This document shows positions 45,801 through 54,786 of a DNA stretch of 64,000 nt, piece after piece. The notes beneath the pieces are model-generated. The model saw nothing but the letters and a program-made list of their open reading frames with translations. It made no database searches and was not told the DNA's origin. Made by a program: the position numbers and the translations under genes. How positions within the stretch are numbered: position 1 is the stretch's first letter; the number at the start of each line of letters is the position of its first letter. This DNA is from an uncultured Acidobacteriota bacterium (GTDB lineage: Bacteria; Acidobacteriota; Thermoanaerobaculia; Multivoradales; JAHEKO01). The stretch is from contig CAVQNG010000005.1 in NCBI GenBank assembly GCA_963713825.1, positions 96,001 to 160,000 on the forward strand. The letters are read 5' to 3'.

Positions 45801-48461
45801 CTAGCGCTCCAACGCGGACTCCCAATTCAGAACGACGGTCGTCGGTGGTGTCGAGTCCTGCTGCAATGAGCTCAGAAGCAGGAAGCGCTCCCCGTCGGGC
45901 GCCACCAGGTAGCGGTTGTTGTTCGTGATCTGGCGCAGCCGTACCGGAAACAGTTCCTCGGGTATGCCCGCATCGAAGGAATCGCCCGTCTCGACCGAAA
46001 CCCGCATCATGTTCATCTCCGGAGAGATGTAGTAGAGCTCCTGGCCATCGGGACTCCACTGTGGCTCGGTACCGCCTGCGGTAGAGATCTGCCACTTGCC
46101 TCCAGGACCGGGGAACTCCTGCACGTAGATTTCAGCGCGGCCCGACTCGTTGGTTTGGTACGCCACCCAACCTCCGTCGGGAGAAAAGCGGGCGCGAACC
46201 TCGGCAAAGGGAGTCATGAGAAACGGATAGGGCTCCTGATCTCCCTCCAGGGGTAGAACCCATATATCCCAACTCGTCTCATCTCCACGGTCGTAGTACA
46301 AGAGGTGCTTCCCATCGGCCGAGAAGGAACTGGGGTGCTGATCCCTTTCTCGCTCCAGAAGATACTCGACCTGACCACTCCCACCTACCGCCGTGATGGC
46401 GAGATCGAACCCCTCTTCTCGTCCCTCTGCGAAGGCGATCTTTTTGCCGTCGGGAGTCCATAAGGGGTTCTGATCACCGCCCTCATTGAAAGTGAGCCTG
46501 GAGGTGACGCCTCGAGCGAGATCTCTCACCCAGATGTCCGCATTTTCGCTCGACGAGGTAGTGACGACCATGGCCAACCAGCGGCCATCGGGAGACAGGG
46601 AAGTCACGCTGATGTCGCCAGGGTCACCGATGAACTCTCTGGATTCACCCTCCTTGTCGACCCATACCAACTGCCCACCGCCTGCCTCGCCTCCCCGCAT
46701 GGCCAGGACTCCATTTCGCGACGCCGAAAAATGGGCCAGCCCAACGTTGTCGATGCTCAGGTCTTCGGCAAGAGGCACCGGCTCGCCGGTGAGCTCACCA
46801 GCCTTGGCGTCGAAGGGTTGTGCCACCAGCGTCGCCTCTCGGACGTAGAGCAGATAGCCTGGAGGTGCGTACTCGACTCGGGATTGGCCCTTGAGAACGG
46901 TCTTCTCGTTGGCACCATCCACATCGGCGACCCGGACCTCAGCCCCGTCCTCACCCTGGAAGTCCACGTACAGGAACTTCTCGCCGCCGGGCAGGAACTG
47001 TGGCCAGCCGACGCTCAGATCGGCGCTCTCCGGAGTTTCGCTGGTCACCAGCGCGGAGGGAATACCACCAGAGGCGGCAACCTTCATGATCGGATCGCCG
47101 CCAGTGCCGTCGTAGAAGATGATCCCTTTCTCACTCCAGCTGCCATCGGCTCCGGTCGGCGCATCGCAAATGACCTGGGCAGGCCCGCCACTGACAGGGA
47201 TCTTCTTGAGCTTGCCGTCAGCGATGAAGCCGAGGAACTTGCTGTCGGGCGACCAGAATGGGCGCATGGAGTTTTCGGTGCCGGGCATGGGCTGGGCTTC
47301 GAGAGCGTTGAGTGGACGCAGCCAAATCATGGTCTCGCCCTGTTCGTCGGTGGCGTTGTAGGCGATGAAGCGGCCGTCTGGCGAGACCTTGGGAGAGTCG
47401 ACCACTGGCAGACCCTCGGGTTGGGGGATCTCGAACCGGACGATCTCTCGGGCCTCGGGTGCCCGCTGGAGAAAGCCGAAAGCGAAGGCCGCGGCGACGA
47501 GAGCGAGTCCCGCCGCAACGGCCCAGGCCAGGCGCTCCCGGCTCTTGCGTCGGGCTGCCACCGGTATCGGTACGCCCACCTGCGAGCCGCCCTCGGCGAT
47601 CCACTGCAACTGCAGCTTCAAGTCGTGCGCGGTATGCCAGCGCTCTTCCGGGTCCTTCGCCAGGCAGGTCTGAACGACTCGGTCGAAGGCGGGTGGTGCC
47701 ATCGGGGCGATCATGGAGACCGACTCCGGCTCGGAGTGCATGATGGCGCCGATGAGGCTCGCCTGGGTCTTGCCGATGAAGGGCTTCTTGCCGGAAGCCA
47801 TCTCGTAGAGCATCGCTCCCAGGGCGAAGATGTCGCTGCGGGCGTCGGCCTCCTTGCCCTCGATCTGCTCCGGTGACATGTACTGGAACGTTCCGAGGAT
47901 CGTGCCCTCGACCGTCAGCGGCGCACTGGCCGGAGTCTCGGTGAGAAGGCGGGAGAAGTCGGCGCCACTGATCTCGGCCTCCGGCGTGAAGTGCTTGGCG
48001 AGGCCGAAATCGAGGAGCTTGACCCCCGACGCGGTGAGCATGATGTTGCCAGGCTTGAGGTCGCGATGGATGACGCCGCTTTTGTGGGCTTTGTCGAGTG
48101 CGTCGGCGATCTGGACGCCGATCTCCATGACCTGAGGTAAGGGGATGGCTCCCTTTTCGAGCCTCTCGGCGAGGGACTCGCCCTCGAGATGCTCCATGAC
48201 CAGGTAGGCCACCCCCTCCTCGTGACCGACATCGAAGAGGGTGCAGATGTGGGGGTGGGAGAGGGACGAGATTACCTTGGCTTCACGCTCGAAGCGCTGC
48301 TGGATCTCGGGTGAAGCGGAAAGGTGGTCCGGAAGCACCTTGATCGCGACCGTGCGATCGAGGCGGCTATCGCGGGCCAGATAGACCTCACCCATGCCAC
48401 CCGCGCCGAGTGGGTTGAGGATCTCGTACGGTCCCAGGTTGGAGCCAGCTTCGATAGTCAC
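45801..48461 (-). CDS. Ser/Thr protein kinase, TM, PD40/TolB-like propeller
   Basis: [31 protein letters not shown] repeats, VVLNW C-terminus. Confidence 0.94.
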   Translation of the reverse strand: MTIEAGSNLGPYEILNPLGAGGMGEVYLARDSRLDRTVAIKVLPDHLSASPEIQQRFEREAKVISSLSHPHICTLFDVGHEEGVAYLVMEHLEGESLAERLEKGAIPLPQVMEIGVQIADALDKAHKSGVIHRDLKPGNIMLTASGVKLLDFGLAKHFTPEAEISGADFSRLLTETPASAPLTVEGTILGTFQYMSPEQIEGKEADARSDIFALGAMLYEMASGKKPFIGKTQASLIGAIMHSEPESVSMIAPMAPPAFDRVVQTCLAKDPEERWHTAHDLKLQLQWIAEGGSQVGVPIPVAARRKSRERLAWAVAAGLALVAAAFAFGFLQRAPEAREIVRFEIPQPEGLPVVDSPKVSPDGRFIAYNATDEQGETMIWLRPLNALEAQPMPGTENSMRPFWSPDSKFLGFIADGKLKKIPVSGGPAQVICDAPTGADGSWSEKGIIFYDGTGGDPIMKVAASGGIPSALVTSETPESADLSVGWPQFLPGGEKFLYVDFQGEDGAEVRVADVDGANEKTVLKGQSRVEYAPPGYLLYVREATLVAQPFDAKAGELTGEPVPLAEDLSIDNVGLAHFSASRNGVLAMRGGEAGGGQLVWVDKEGESREFIGDPGDISVTSLSPDGRWLAMVVTTSSSENADIWVRDLARGVTSRLTFNEGGDQNPLWTPDGKKIAFAEGREEGFDLAITAVGGSGQVEYLLERERDQHPSSFSADGKHLLYYDRGDETSWDIWVLPLEGDQEPYPFLMTPFAEVRARFSPDGGWVAYQTNESGRAEIYVQEFPGPGGKWQISTAGGTEPQWSPDGQELYYISPEMNMMRVSVETGDSFDAGIPEELFPVRLRQITNNNRYLVAPDGERFLLLSSLQQDSTPPTTVVLNWESALER

Positions 48462-48486
48462 GACGTCTCCTTGAAATCTAGCGGTT

Positions 48487-48588
48487 CTAGTCGGCCTTGC
48501 TTGTCAGGCGCTCGACTTCGCCCATCCCGCCCTCACCCAGTTTGCCGGTGATTCGGAAGTGAGAGAGAGTCACACCTTTTAGAGTCAA
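48487..48588 (-). pseudogene. Kinase stub 3 ([25 protein letters not shown]|ERLTSKAD)
   Basis: Manual minus-strand translation: kinase subdomain I joined in frame to 8 residues and a TAG. Confidence 0.85.
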
Positions 48589-48946
48589 GCCTGCACCAGA
48601 CCTTTCAATCCGTAGATGAACCTGGTTGTCCTGAAATCGCGTGCAGATTGTAGCCCATCGTGGGGGCTCGAAGCCGGCTGACTCTCAGAAGTGGGTGGCA
48701 CCCGAGGATGGCGTGGTCGGGGGGCGCTGTGCGAATCCGGGATGGGTGATCCCGGAGGCGAACAGAGAACGGTTCCGACGATCGAGGGAATTGTCGCTAG
48801 AGACTGAGGCAGACTGGCCTGTAAGCGCTGCAAGTAGGGCTCTTGCCGCGTGGAGCTCGAAATAGATCGAGAGACGGCACGGTCTTTGCTAAGTACTGGG
48901 GCAAGGCAATCTCTACGGGTCGTTCTGTGGGTTAAAAGGAGGTAGT

Positions 48947-51066
48947 TTGAAGGCTATTTTCCAGGATGTCCGATTCGGTCTGCGACGGATTTTCAAACAT
49001 CCAATCGTCGCCTTCAGCATTGTTCTCTCCCTGGCCCTCGGAATTGGGGCCAATGTGGCGATCTTCAGCGTTTTCAGCGCCGCGACGTTGCGGCCCTTGC
49101 CATTCGAGGACGACAACCGTTTGACCCGCATTTACCTCGTTCCCGATAAGAGTGATGAACGCATCAGCCTGCGCCCCGAGGTGTTCCTCCCGTTGCGGGA
49201 GGAAGCGCGGTCCTTTGAAGGCGTCGTAGGCCAGCGCTTCATGAGCCTCGCATTCGAGACGGATGAGGGGCCGGAGCGAGTTGTCGGAATCGGAGTCACC
49301 GAGGGTTGGTCGTCGACTCTCGGTATCGAGCCGCAGATCGGCCGATCCTTTTCGGCCGCAGAGGAGAAAGGGGGGCTATCCAGCGGCGTGGTGGTGATCA
49401 GTCATGGCACCTGGCAACGCTGGTTCGGAGGAGACGCCGCGATCCTGGGAGAGCAGGTCTCCTTGGCAGGTGGCACCTACTCTGTGATCGGAGTCATGCC
49501 AGTCGGTATGGCGTATCCCTATGAGGCCGAACTCTGGCTCCCGATGCAGGTGGATGCGGACCAACTGGGACCCTGGGGGCTCAACGTCCCGGCAAGACTG
49601 GGCCCCGGGGTCAGTCTGATGGCCGCCAACAAGGAGCTCGCCGCCCTCTCTCAGGAGATCGATCTCGATGAGGGCATGACGCTGCAGGCAGTGCCTATTC
49701 GGGAGGTCTTGGTTCGGGACGAGGAGCGCCCGTTGATGCTTCTGCTGGCGGCGGTCGGATTCCTGCTCATCATCGTCGCCGTCAATATCGCCAATCTGCT
49801 CCTCGCCGAATCGCTGAGCCGGGACCGTGAGTTCGCTGTTCGCACGACGCTTGGCGCTGGTCGGCTTCGTCAGATCAGGCAGCTTCTGACCGAAAGCCTG
49901 ATCCTGGCGTTGGTAGGAGGCGGCGCGGGCCTTGTGGTGGCCTGGTGGGTGAGAGACCTCCTGATGCCGCTGCTGCCGGCCCGTTTGGCGCAGCTGACTG
50001 GCGGAGTCTCGATCGACATGCGAGTCCTCGTGTTTTCCCTGGTCATGGTCCTGGGTACGGCTGCCGTCGTTGGCATGGCTCCAGCGCTCCGGGCCTCCAA
50101 GAGACAGCCGCAGGAGCTGCTGCAAGGCGGCAGGGGAGCGACCAGAGGCGTGGCCTCGAGTTGGCTGGGCAAGGCCTTTATCGTCGCTCAAGTGGCTTTG
50201 TGCCTGATACTGCTGGCGGGAGCAGGGTCCATCAGAAGAGACTTGAGAGCCCTCAGCAGGCTCGACCTCGGCTACGAGCAGGAGGGCCTCCTGACTCTGT
50301 CGGTCAACTTGAGTGGTGAGGAGTACTCGATGGGTCCAGCTCGACAGAGCTTCGTCGACGATGTTCTCGATCGATTGGAGGCGATCCCGGGAGTGGAGAC
50401 CGCTGCCTCGACGAATGTCTTTCCTTCCGAGCGGGGCAACTTCTTGGCCCAGGTCGAGGTCGAAGGTCGCGAGATGCGCCCCGAGGAGACCCACCTGGTG
50501 AACCATCGTTTCGTGACTCCCGGGTTTCACGATTCGATGGGCATTCCAGTTCTCCGAGGCCGAGCGCTGAACGCTTCTGATGGAGATAGTGGCCTGCCGG
50601 TCGTGGTTGTCAGCCAATCCCTGGCCGAGCGCTATTGGCCGGGAGAGGCTGCGGTCGGCCAGCGCTTGCGCAACGCCAGGGAAGGCGAGGACGCGCCGTG
50701 GTTGACCGTGGTCGGCGTGGTCGGCAACGTCCACGAGTTCTATGAGACCGTCGAGACCTGGTATCTGCCTCTGGCCCAGAACGCAGGTCACTCCCTGGCC
50801 TCCAAGGTCGTCTTCGTGGCTCGGGCAGCCAGTGCTCGGAGGGCATTCCTGGTCAGATGCGGCATGCGGTTCAAACCGTAGGCCCGACCCTACCTGTCTT
50901 TCAGCAGGAGTCGGCCTCGGAGATCTACGCCGAATCCTTGGCGGGGCAGGTCTTCGCGACGCATCTGACCTCGGCCTTTGCAGTGATTGGTTTGCTGGTG
51001 GCGTCTTACGTGCCTGCCCGACGTGTTTTGCGGGTCGATCCGCAGGTCGAGCTGCGAGCGGAGTGA
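48947..51066 (+). pseudogene. ADOP-type (MacB/FtsX duplicated) ABC permease; frameshift near 50838 and most of the last FtsX domain missing
   Basis: QDVRFGLR..LALGIGANVAIFS; NIANLLLA..REFAVRTTLGAGR; TVVGVVG. The tail AFAVIGLL|VASYVPARRVLRVDP lacks the second REIGIRMALGA block. Confidence 0.8.
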
Positions 51067-52560
51067 TCAGGGCTCGCCGAGCCATCGTTGGACTGCGGCG
51101 ACCTGGTGGCTCAAAGGCTTTGGATTGCAGCCCGCATTTCGCAGCTGCTCGAGCGCATCGGCCAGAGAGATCCCTTGCTGTCGAGCTAGAAAAGCTCCCA
51201 ATACCGAGCCGGTGCGCTCGATGCCGGCTCTGCAGTGCACATAGAGAGTCTTCTCTTCGTCGGCTGCGGAGAGAATCTCCCAGGTCCGATCCAGCTCCTC
51301 GGCCGAGAGAGGTTCTTCATCCACGATCGGCACCGAGATCCTCTCGATTTCGCCCCATGACATGGCGGCGATGGCCTCGCGGCCGAAGCGCGTCGGGGTG
51401 TTCCATTCGTCGTCCATGCGAAGGTCCAGCACGCGTCGCACTCCGGCTTCATGGAGCGCTTCCACATCACCCGCTGTCAGGGGATTGCGACCGCACAGAA
51501 TACCGGGCAGTGCCTGGTGGATTTCGAAGTCTGGAATTCTGGGTTTCTCGTATACCAGCCGGTGGCGGAGGTCGGCCAAATCGCTCCCACAAGAATTCAG
51601 GGTCTGACGTTCTTCGACGACCTCGAGCCATCGGTCGGGCAGTGCCCGAACTCCGTAGTAGGCGCCGACGATGCCGCCGGTGACGGCCGCGATGGTGTCG
51701 GCCTCCCCGGCGAGATTGACCGCGTCGACGATGGCCGCTTCGGCACCGTCGTTGTTCAAGGCACACCAGACCGCGGCCTCGAGACAGTCCAGTCCGTAGC
51801 CGGCGTACCCCGTCGGCTGGAGCTCCTCGTACGATCTTGCAGGTGCCGTCTCGAGACGTTCCCAGAACCCAGGCGGCAGAGGAGAGAGGCCTGGAGCATT
51901 CGCCGGTCCTACTCCTTCGGCGGCCCTGTCTCGAGTTGCACTCAGGGCGCGATGCCATCCGGTGGTCAGATCAGCCCCTTCCAACACCTCCAGAACCCAG
52001 AAGCAGTAGGCCAGGCAGCCGGCTTCAGCTTGAGGGTCCCAGTGGGTCATGGCAGAGATGTGAGCACTCTGCAGACGGAGGCGACTTCGATCTGTATAAG
52101 CCAGCGCCACGGGAAGAGTCCGCATCAGAGAACCGTTGCCCGCTGCCTTGAGGTCGCGCGCCTGCTGGGTCGAGGCTGACGCTCGGCTCCAATCTCCAAT
52201 ATCGCCAGCACCCGAGAGATTACGCTCGAGTCCCAGGAAGGAGTCGAGCGCGGCGTTGATCGTGTTGCCGACGTCTTTGGCGCCCTTGCGCCATGCCAGG
52301 AATCGGTCGCCGATGGCTGCCACCGGGTCATCGGGTTGCGCGAGGATTCCCTCGGCGACACAAAGCGCCATGCCGGTGTCATCGGTCCACTCACCAGGCC
52401 GCCAGCGGGTGTAGTGACCTCCTCCTACCATGTCCTCGAGCCTCCCGAATCGGGCCGTGAGCTGCTCCTTTGACAGGAACTCGGCAGGAGCGCCGAGAGC
52501 GTCCCCGCACGCCAGGCCCAACATGGCTCCGGTGAAGCGATCGGTGTAGGAACTTCTCAT
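51067..52560 (-). CDS. ADP-ribosylglycohydrolase (DraG/ARH) fused to a dual-specificity phosphatase
   Basis: GLACGDALG, WTDDT, GNGSLMR, AMTH, GEADT; C-terminal VHCRAGIERTG (HCxxGxxR). ATG at 52560 after GGAGG. Confidence 0.9.
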   Translation of the reverse strand: MRSSYTDRFTGAMLGLACGDALGAPAEFLSKEQLTARFGRLEDMVGGGHYTRWRPGEWTDDTGMALCVAEGILAQPDDPVAAIGDRFLAWRKGAKDVGNTINAALDSFLGLERNLSGAGDIGDWSRASASTQQARDLKAAGNGSLMRTLPVALAYTDRSRLRLQSAHISAMTHWDPQAEAGCLAYCFWVLEVLEGADLTTGWHRALSATRDRAAEGVGPANAPGLSPLPPGFWERLETAPARSYEELQPTGYAGYGLDCLEAAVWCALNNDGAEAAIVDAVNLAGEADTIAAVTGGIVGAYYGVRALPDRWLEVVEERQTLNSCGSDLADLRHRLVYEKPRIPDFEIHQALPGILCGRNPLTAGDVEALHEAGVRRVLDLRMDDEWNTPTRFGREAIAAMSWGEIERISVPIVDEEPLSAEELDRTWEILSAADEEKTLYVHCRAGIERTGSVLGAFLARQQGISLADALEQLRNAGCNPKPLSHQVAAVQRWLGEP

Positions 52561-52592
52561 GCAGCCTCCGAAACTGAATCCACTCGAGGGCG

Positions 52593-53504
52593 TCAGCCTG
52601 CGGCCTGCTCGGCGCGCTTCCGCCAGTAACGCGCGATGCCGTCGACACTCATGAAGCGGGGATTGGCCAATTCGTAGGCGAGGGCTGTTGCATCGTCCAC
52701 TCCGTCCTGCGAAGCCCATCGACGCATGGTCTCGTTGTAGCGCGCGATCATGCTGTCGCGATCCAGGCCCTCCGCCATCATGTCGCGCACGAAGGCTGCA
52801 CCCGCGTCGAGGTGGGATTCGAACCGATCCAGTTGCTCGGATACTTCGGCGGTGGCGCCGAAGTGGGTGCGGTAGATGGAGTCGAGATTCTCGTGGCGAA
52901 GGCGGTTCAGGGTCCCTTTCCAAGCTCCCAGATCGAACTCTGGGGGCGGCCCCGGAAGGTCGATCCAGTGTCGGTCGCCGAGTCGAACGCCGGCGGCATC
53001 GCCGGTGAAAGCCACGTCGCCCAAGCGGTATACGTGGTGGTGCCTGGCGTGCCCCGGAGTGTCCAAGGCGACAAATTCCAGGCCGGCGGCCTCGATGATG
53101 GCGTTGCCTTCGACGGCCACGACCTGCTCGGCGGGAGCCGGTACGGTCTGCCCCCAGAGCTCGTCCATACGATTCGCGTAGATGCGCTCGGCGCTGGTCA
53201 GTAGCTTGCTGGGATCGATGAGATGGCGTTCACCGTTGGGATGCACATAGATCGTGGCGCCCTGCTGAGCCCACCAGCCGGCTGCGCCGGAGTGGTCCAG
53301 GTGAATGTGGGTGACCAGTACGTGCTGCACGTCCCCTGGTGCGACACCGTGCTCTTCGAGTCGGGCGAGGAGGGTGGGCAGGGTCGAGGCCGGTCCGGTT
53401 TCCACCAGGACAGGCCCTTCGGGACCGAAGACCAGAAAGGCCGCAATGGTCTCGGGTGTATGGCCGAATTCGAGGTCCAACGTTTCGATGCGCGTCGGGT
53501 TCAT
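52593..53504 (-). CDS. MBL-fold metallo-hydrolase
   Basis: THIHLDHSG, TPGHARHH, TGD, THFG. Confidence 0.92.
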   Translation of the reverse strand: MNPTRIETLDLEFGHTPETIAAFLVFGPEGPVLVETGPASTLPTLLARLEEHGVAPGDVQHVLVTHIHLDHSGAAGWWAQQGATIYVHPNGERHLIDPSKLLTSAERIYANRMDELWGQTVPAPAEQVVAVEGNAIIEAAGLEFVALDTPGHARHHHVYRLGDVAFTGDAAGVRLGDRHWIDLPGPPPEFDLGAWKGTLNRLRHENLDSIYRTHFGATAEVSEQLDRFESHLDAGAAFVRDMMAEGLDRDSMIARYNETMRRWASQDGVDDATALAYELANPRFMSVDGIARYWRKRAEQAAG

Positions 53505-53520
53505 GGGCCGATGATGACAC

Positions 53521-53551
53521 GACCGAACCGGCGCTGCGAGCCGGTTTCGTC
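53521..53551. other. Intergenic stem-loop
   Basis: GACCGAACCGGC-GCTGCGA-GCCGGTTTCGTC between the desaturase and the MBL gene; no U-tract. Confidence 0.45.
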
Positions 53552-53564
53552 TCGGGCGGCGGTG

Positions 53565-54626
53565 CTATGCCTTGCTGGGCGACGCCATCAATTTCAGATC
53601 GCGAAAGGCCACCAGCTTGTCTCGCTCTTCGTCCCAGAGCTTCAGACGAGCGCATCGCAGGCTTTCCCAGAAGGTGATGCGGGTGACCTCATGGAGTTGA
53701 GGCAGCTCCCGATAGCACTTCTTCAGACTGTAGTTGGGGACTCGACTCGCGAGGTGATGGATGTGGTGGTAGCCGATGTTGCCGGTGAACCAGGTCACCA
53801 CGGTCGGTAGCTCGTAGAACGAGCTGCCTTCGATTCCAGCCTTGTGGAAGTTCCATTCGTCGTGCTCGCGCCAGTAGGTGTCCTCGAACTGGTGTTGGAT
53901 GTAGAACAACCAGATTCCCGCCGCTCCTGCGAACAGCGAAATCGGCAGCTGCACCATCAGGAAGCTCTTGAGACCGACCAACCACCATGCCAGCAACAGC
54001 AAGGCTGCGACCGCGGCGTTGGTCCACCAGATGCCCTTCCACTCCCGCTTCCAAGACCGGGGGACGTCCAGGGGCATCCGATGCTTGATCAGGAACTGGA
54101 AGGCGGGGCCGACCACGAGCAGGGCGAAGCTACTCCGATAGATCCGATAGCGGAGCCGCTGCCCCCGGGACAGTGCCAGATACTCCTTGACCGTCAATGT
54201 CTCGATATCTCCGAAAGTACGCCGGTCCAGATCGCCCGAGGTGCCGTGGTGAATGGCATGCGTTCTTTGCCAATAGTGGAACGGCGTCAACATCATCACC
54301 CCGAGGGCGAAGCCGACCGACTCGTTGGCCTTGCGCGATGGAAAGAACGAGCCGTGCCCGCAGTCGTGCAGGAAGATGAAGATTCTCACCAGCAGGCCGG
54401 CGGTCGGGATCGCCAGGGCCAGTGTCAGCCAATAGGAGACCTCGAGGCTCCGGAGCATGAGAAACCAGCCGACGATATAGAGAAAGCCGGTCGTGATCAG
54501 CTGAAACAGGGCCTTGCCAGTACTGGCCTTCATGTAGGGGGCCAGGAGGGCATTCCAATACCGGGCGACCTCGACGCTCGAGGGCCCGTCGGGCCGGACA
54601 GTGTGGACATCGGTGCGGTGGGACAT
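53565..54626 (-). CDS. Membrane fatty acid desaturase (Bacillus Des-like)
   Basis: His boxes HDCGH, HAIHH, HHIHH; QHQFEDTYW. Confidence 0.93.
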   Translation of the reverse strand: MSHRTDVHTVRPDGPSSVEVARYWNALLAPYMKASTGKALFQLITTGFLYIVGWFLMLRSLEVSYWLTLALAIPTAGLLVRIFIFLHDCGHGSFFPSRKANESVGFALGVMMLTPFHYWQRTHAIHHGTSGDLDRRTFGDIETLTVKEYLALSRGQRLRYRIYRSSFALLVVGPAFQFLIKHRMPLDVPRSWKREWKGIWWTNAAVAALLLLAWWLVGLKSFLMVQLPISLFAGAAGIWLFYIQHQFEDTYWREHDEWNFHKAGIEGSSFYELPTVVTWFTGNIGYHHIHHLASRVPNYSLKKCYRELPQLHEVTRITFWESLRCARLKLWDEERDKLVAFRDLKLMASPSKA

Positions 54627-54786
54627 CAGTCTCTTCGACTCCCGGAGGTTACGAGTGGGCCGTCTTGCGGCAGAAACGTGGCGGGCCTTGTCGATGGCTT
54701 CGGCGGTTGAGAATGTGTAGTCAACTCATTTCAAGGTACCACAGCGACGGGCGCGGTGCCATCCAAGGCCGCCTTCTGGCGGTTGT

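Noticed and set aside
48585-48833. 82-aa minus-strand ORF whose stop overlaps stub 3
   Set aside because: No recognisable motif and Pro/Ser-rich composition; could be a remnant but cannot be supported.
49376-51085. 569-aa minus-strand ORF
   Set aside because: Antisense shadow of the ADOP permease.
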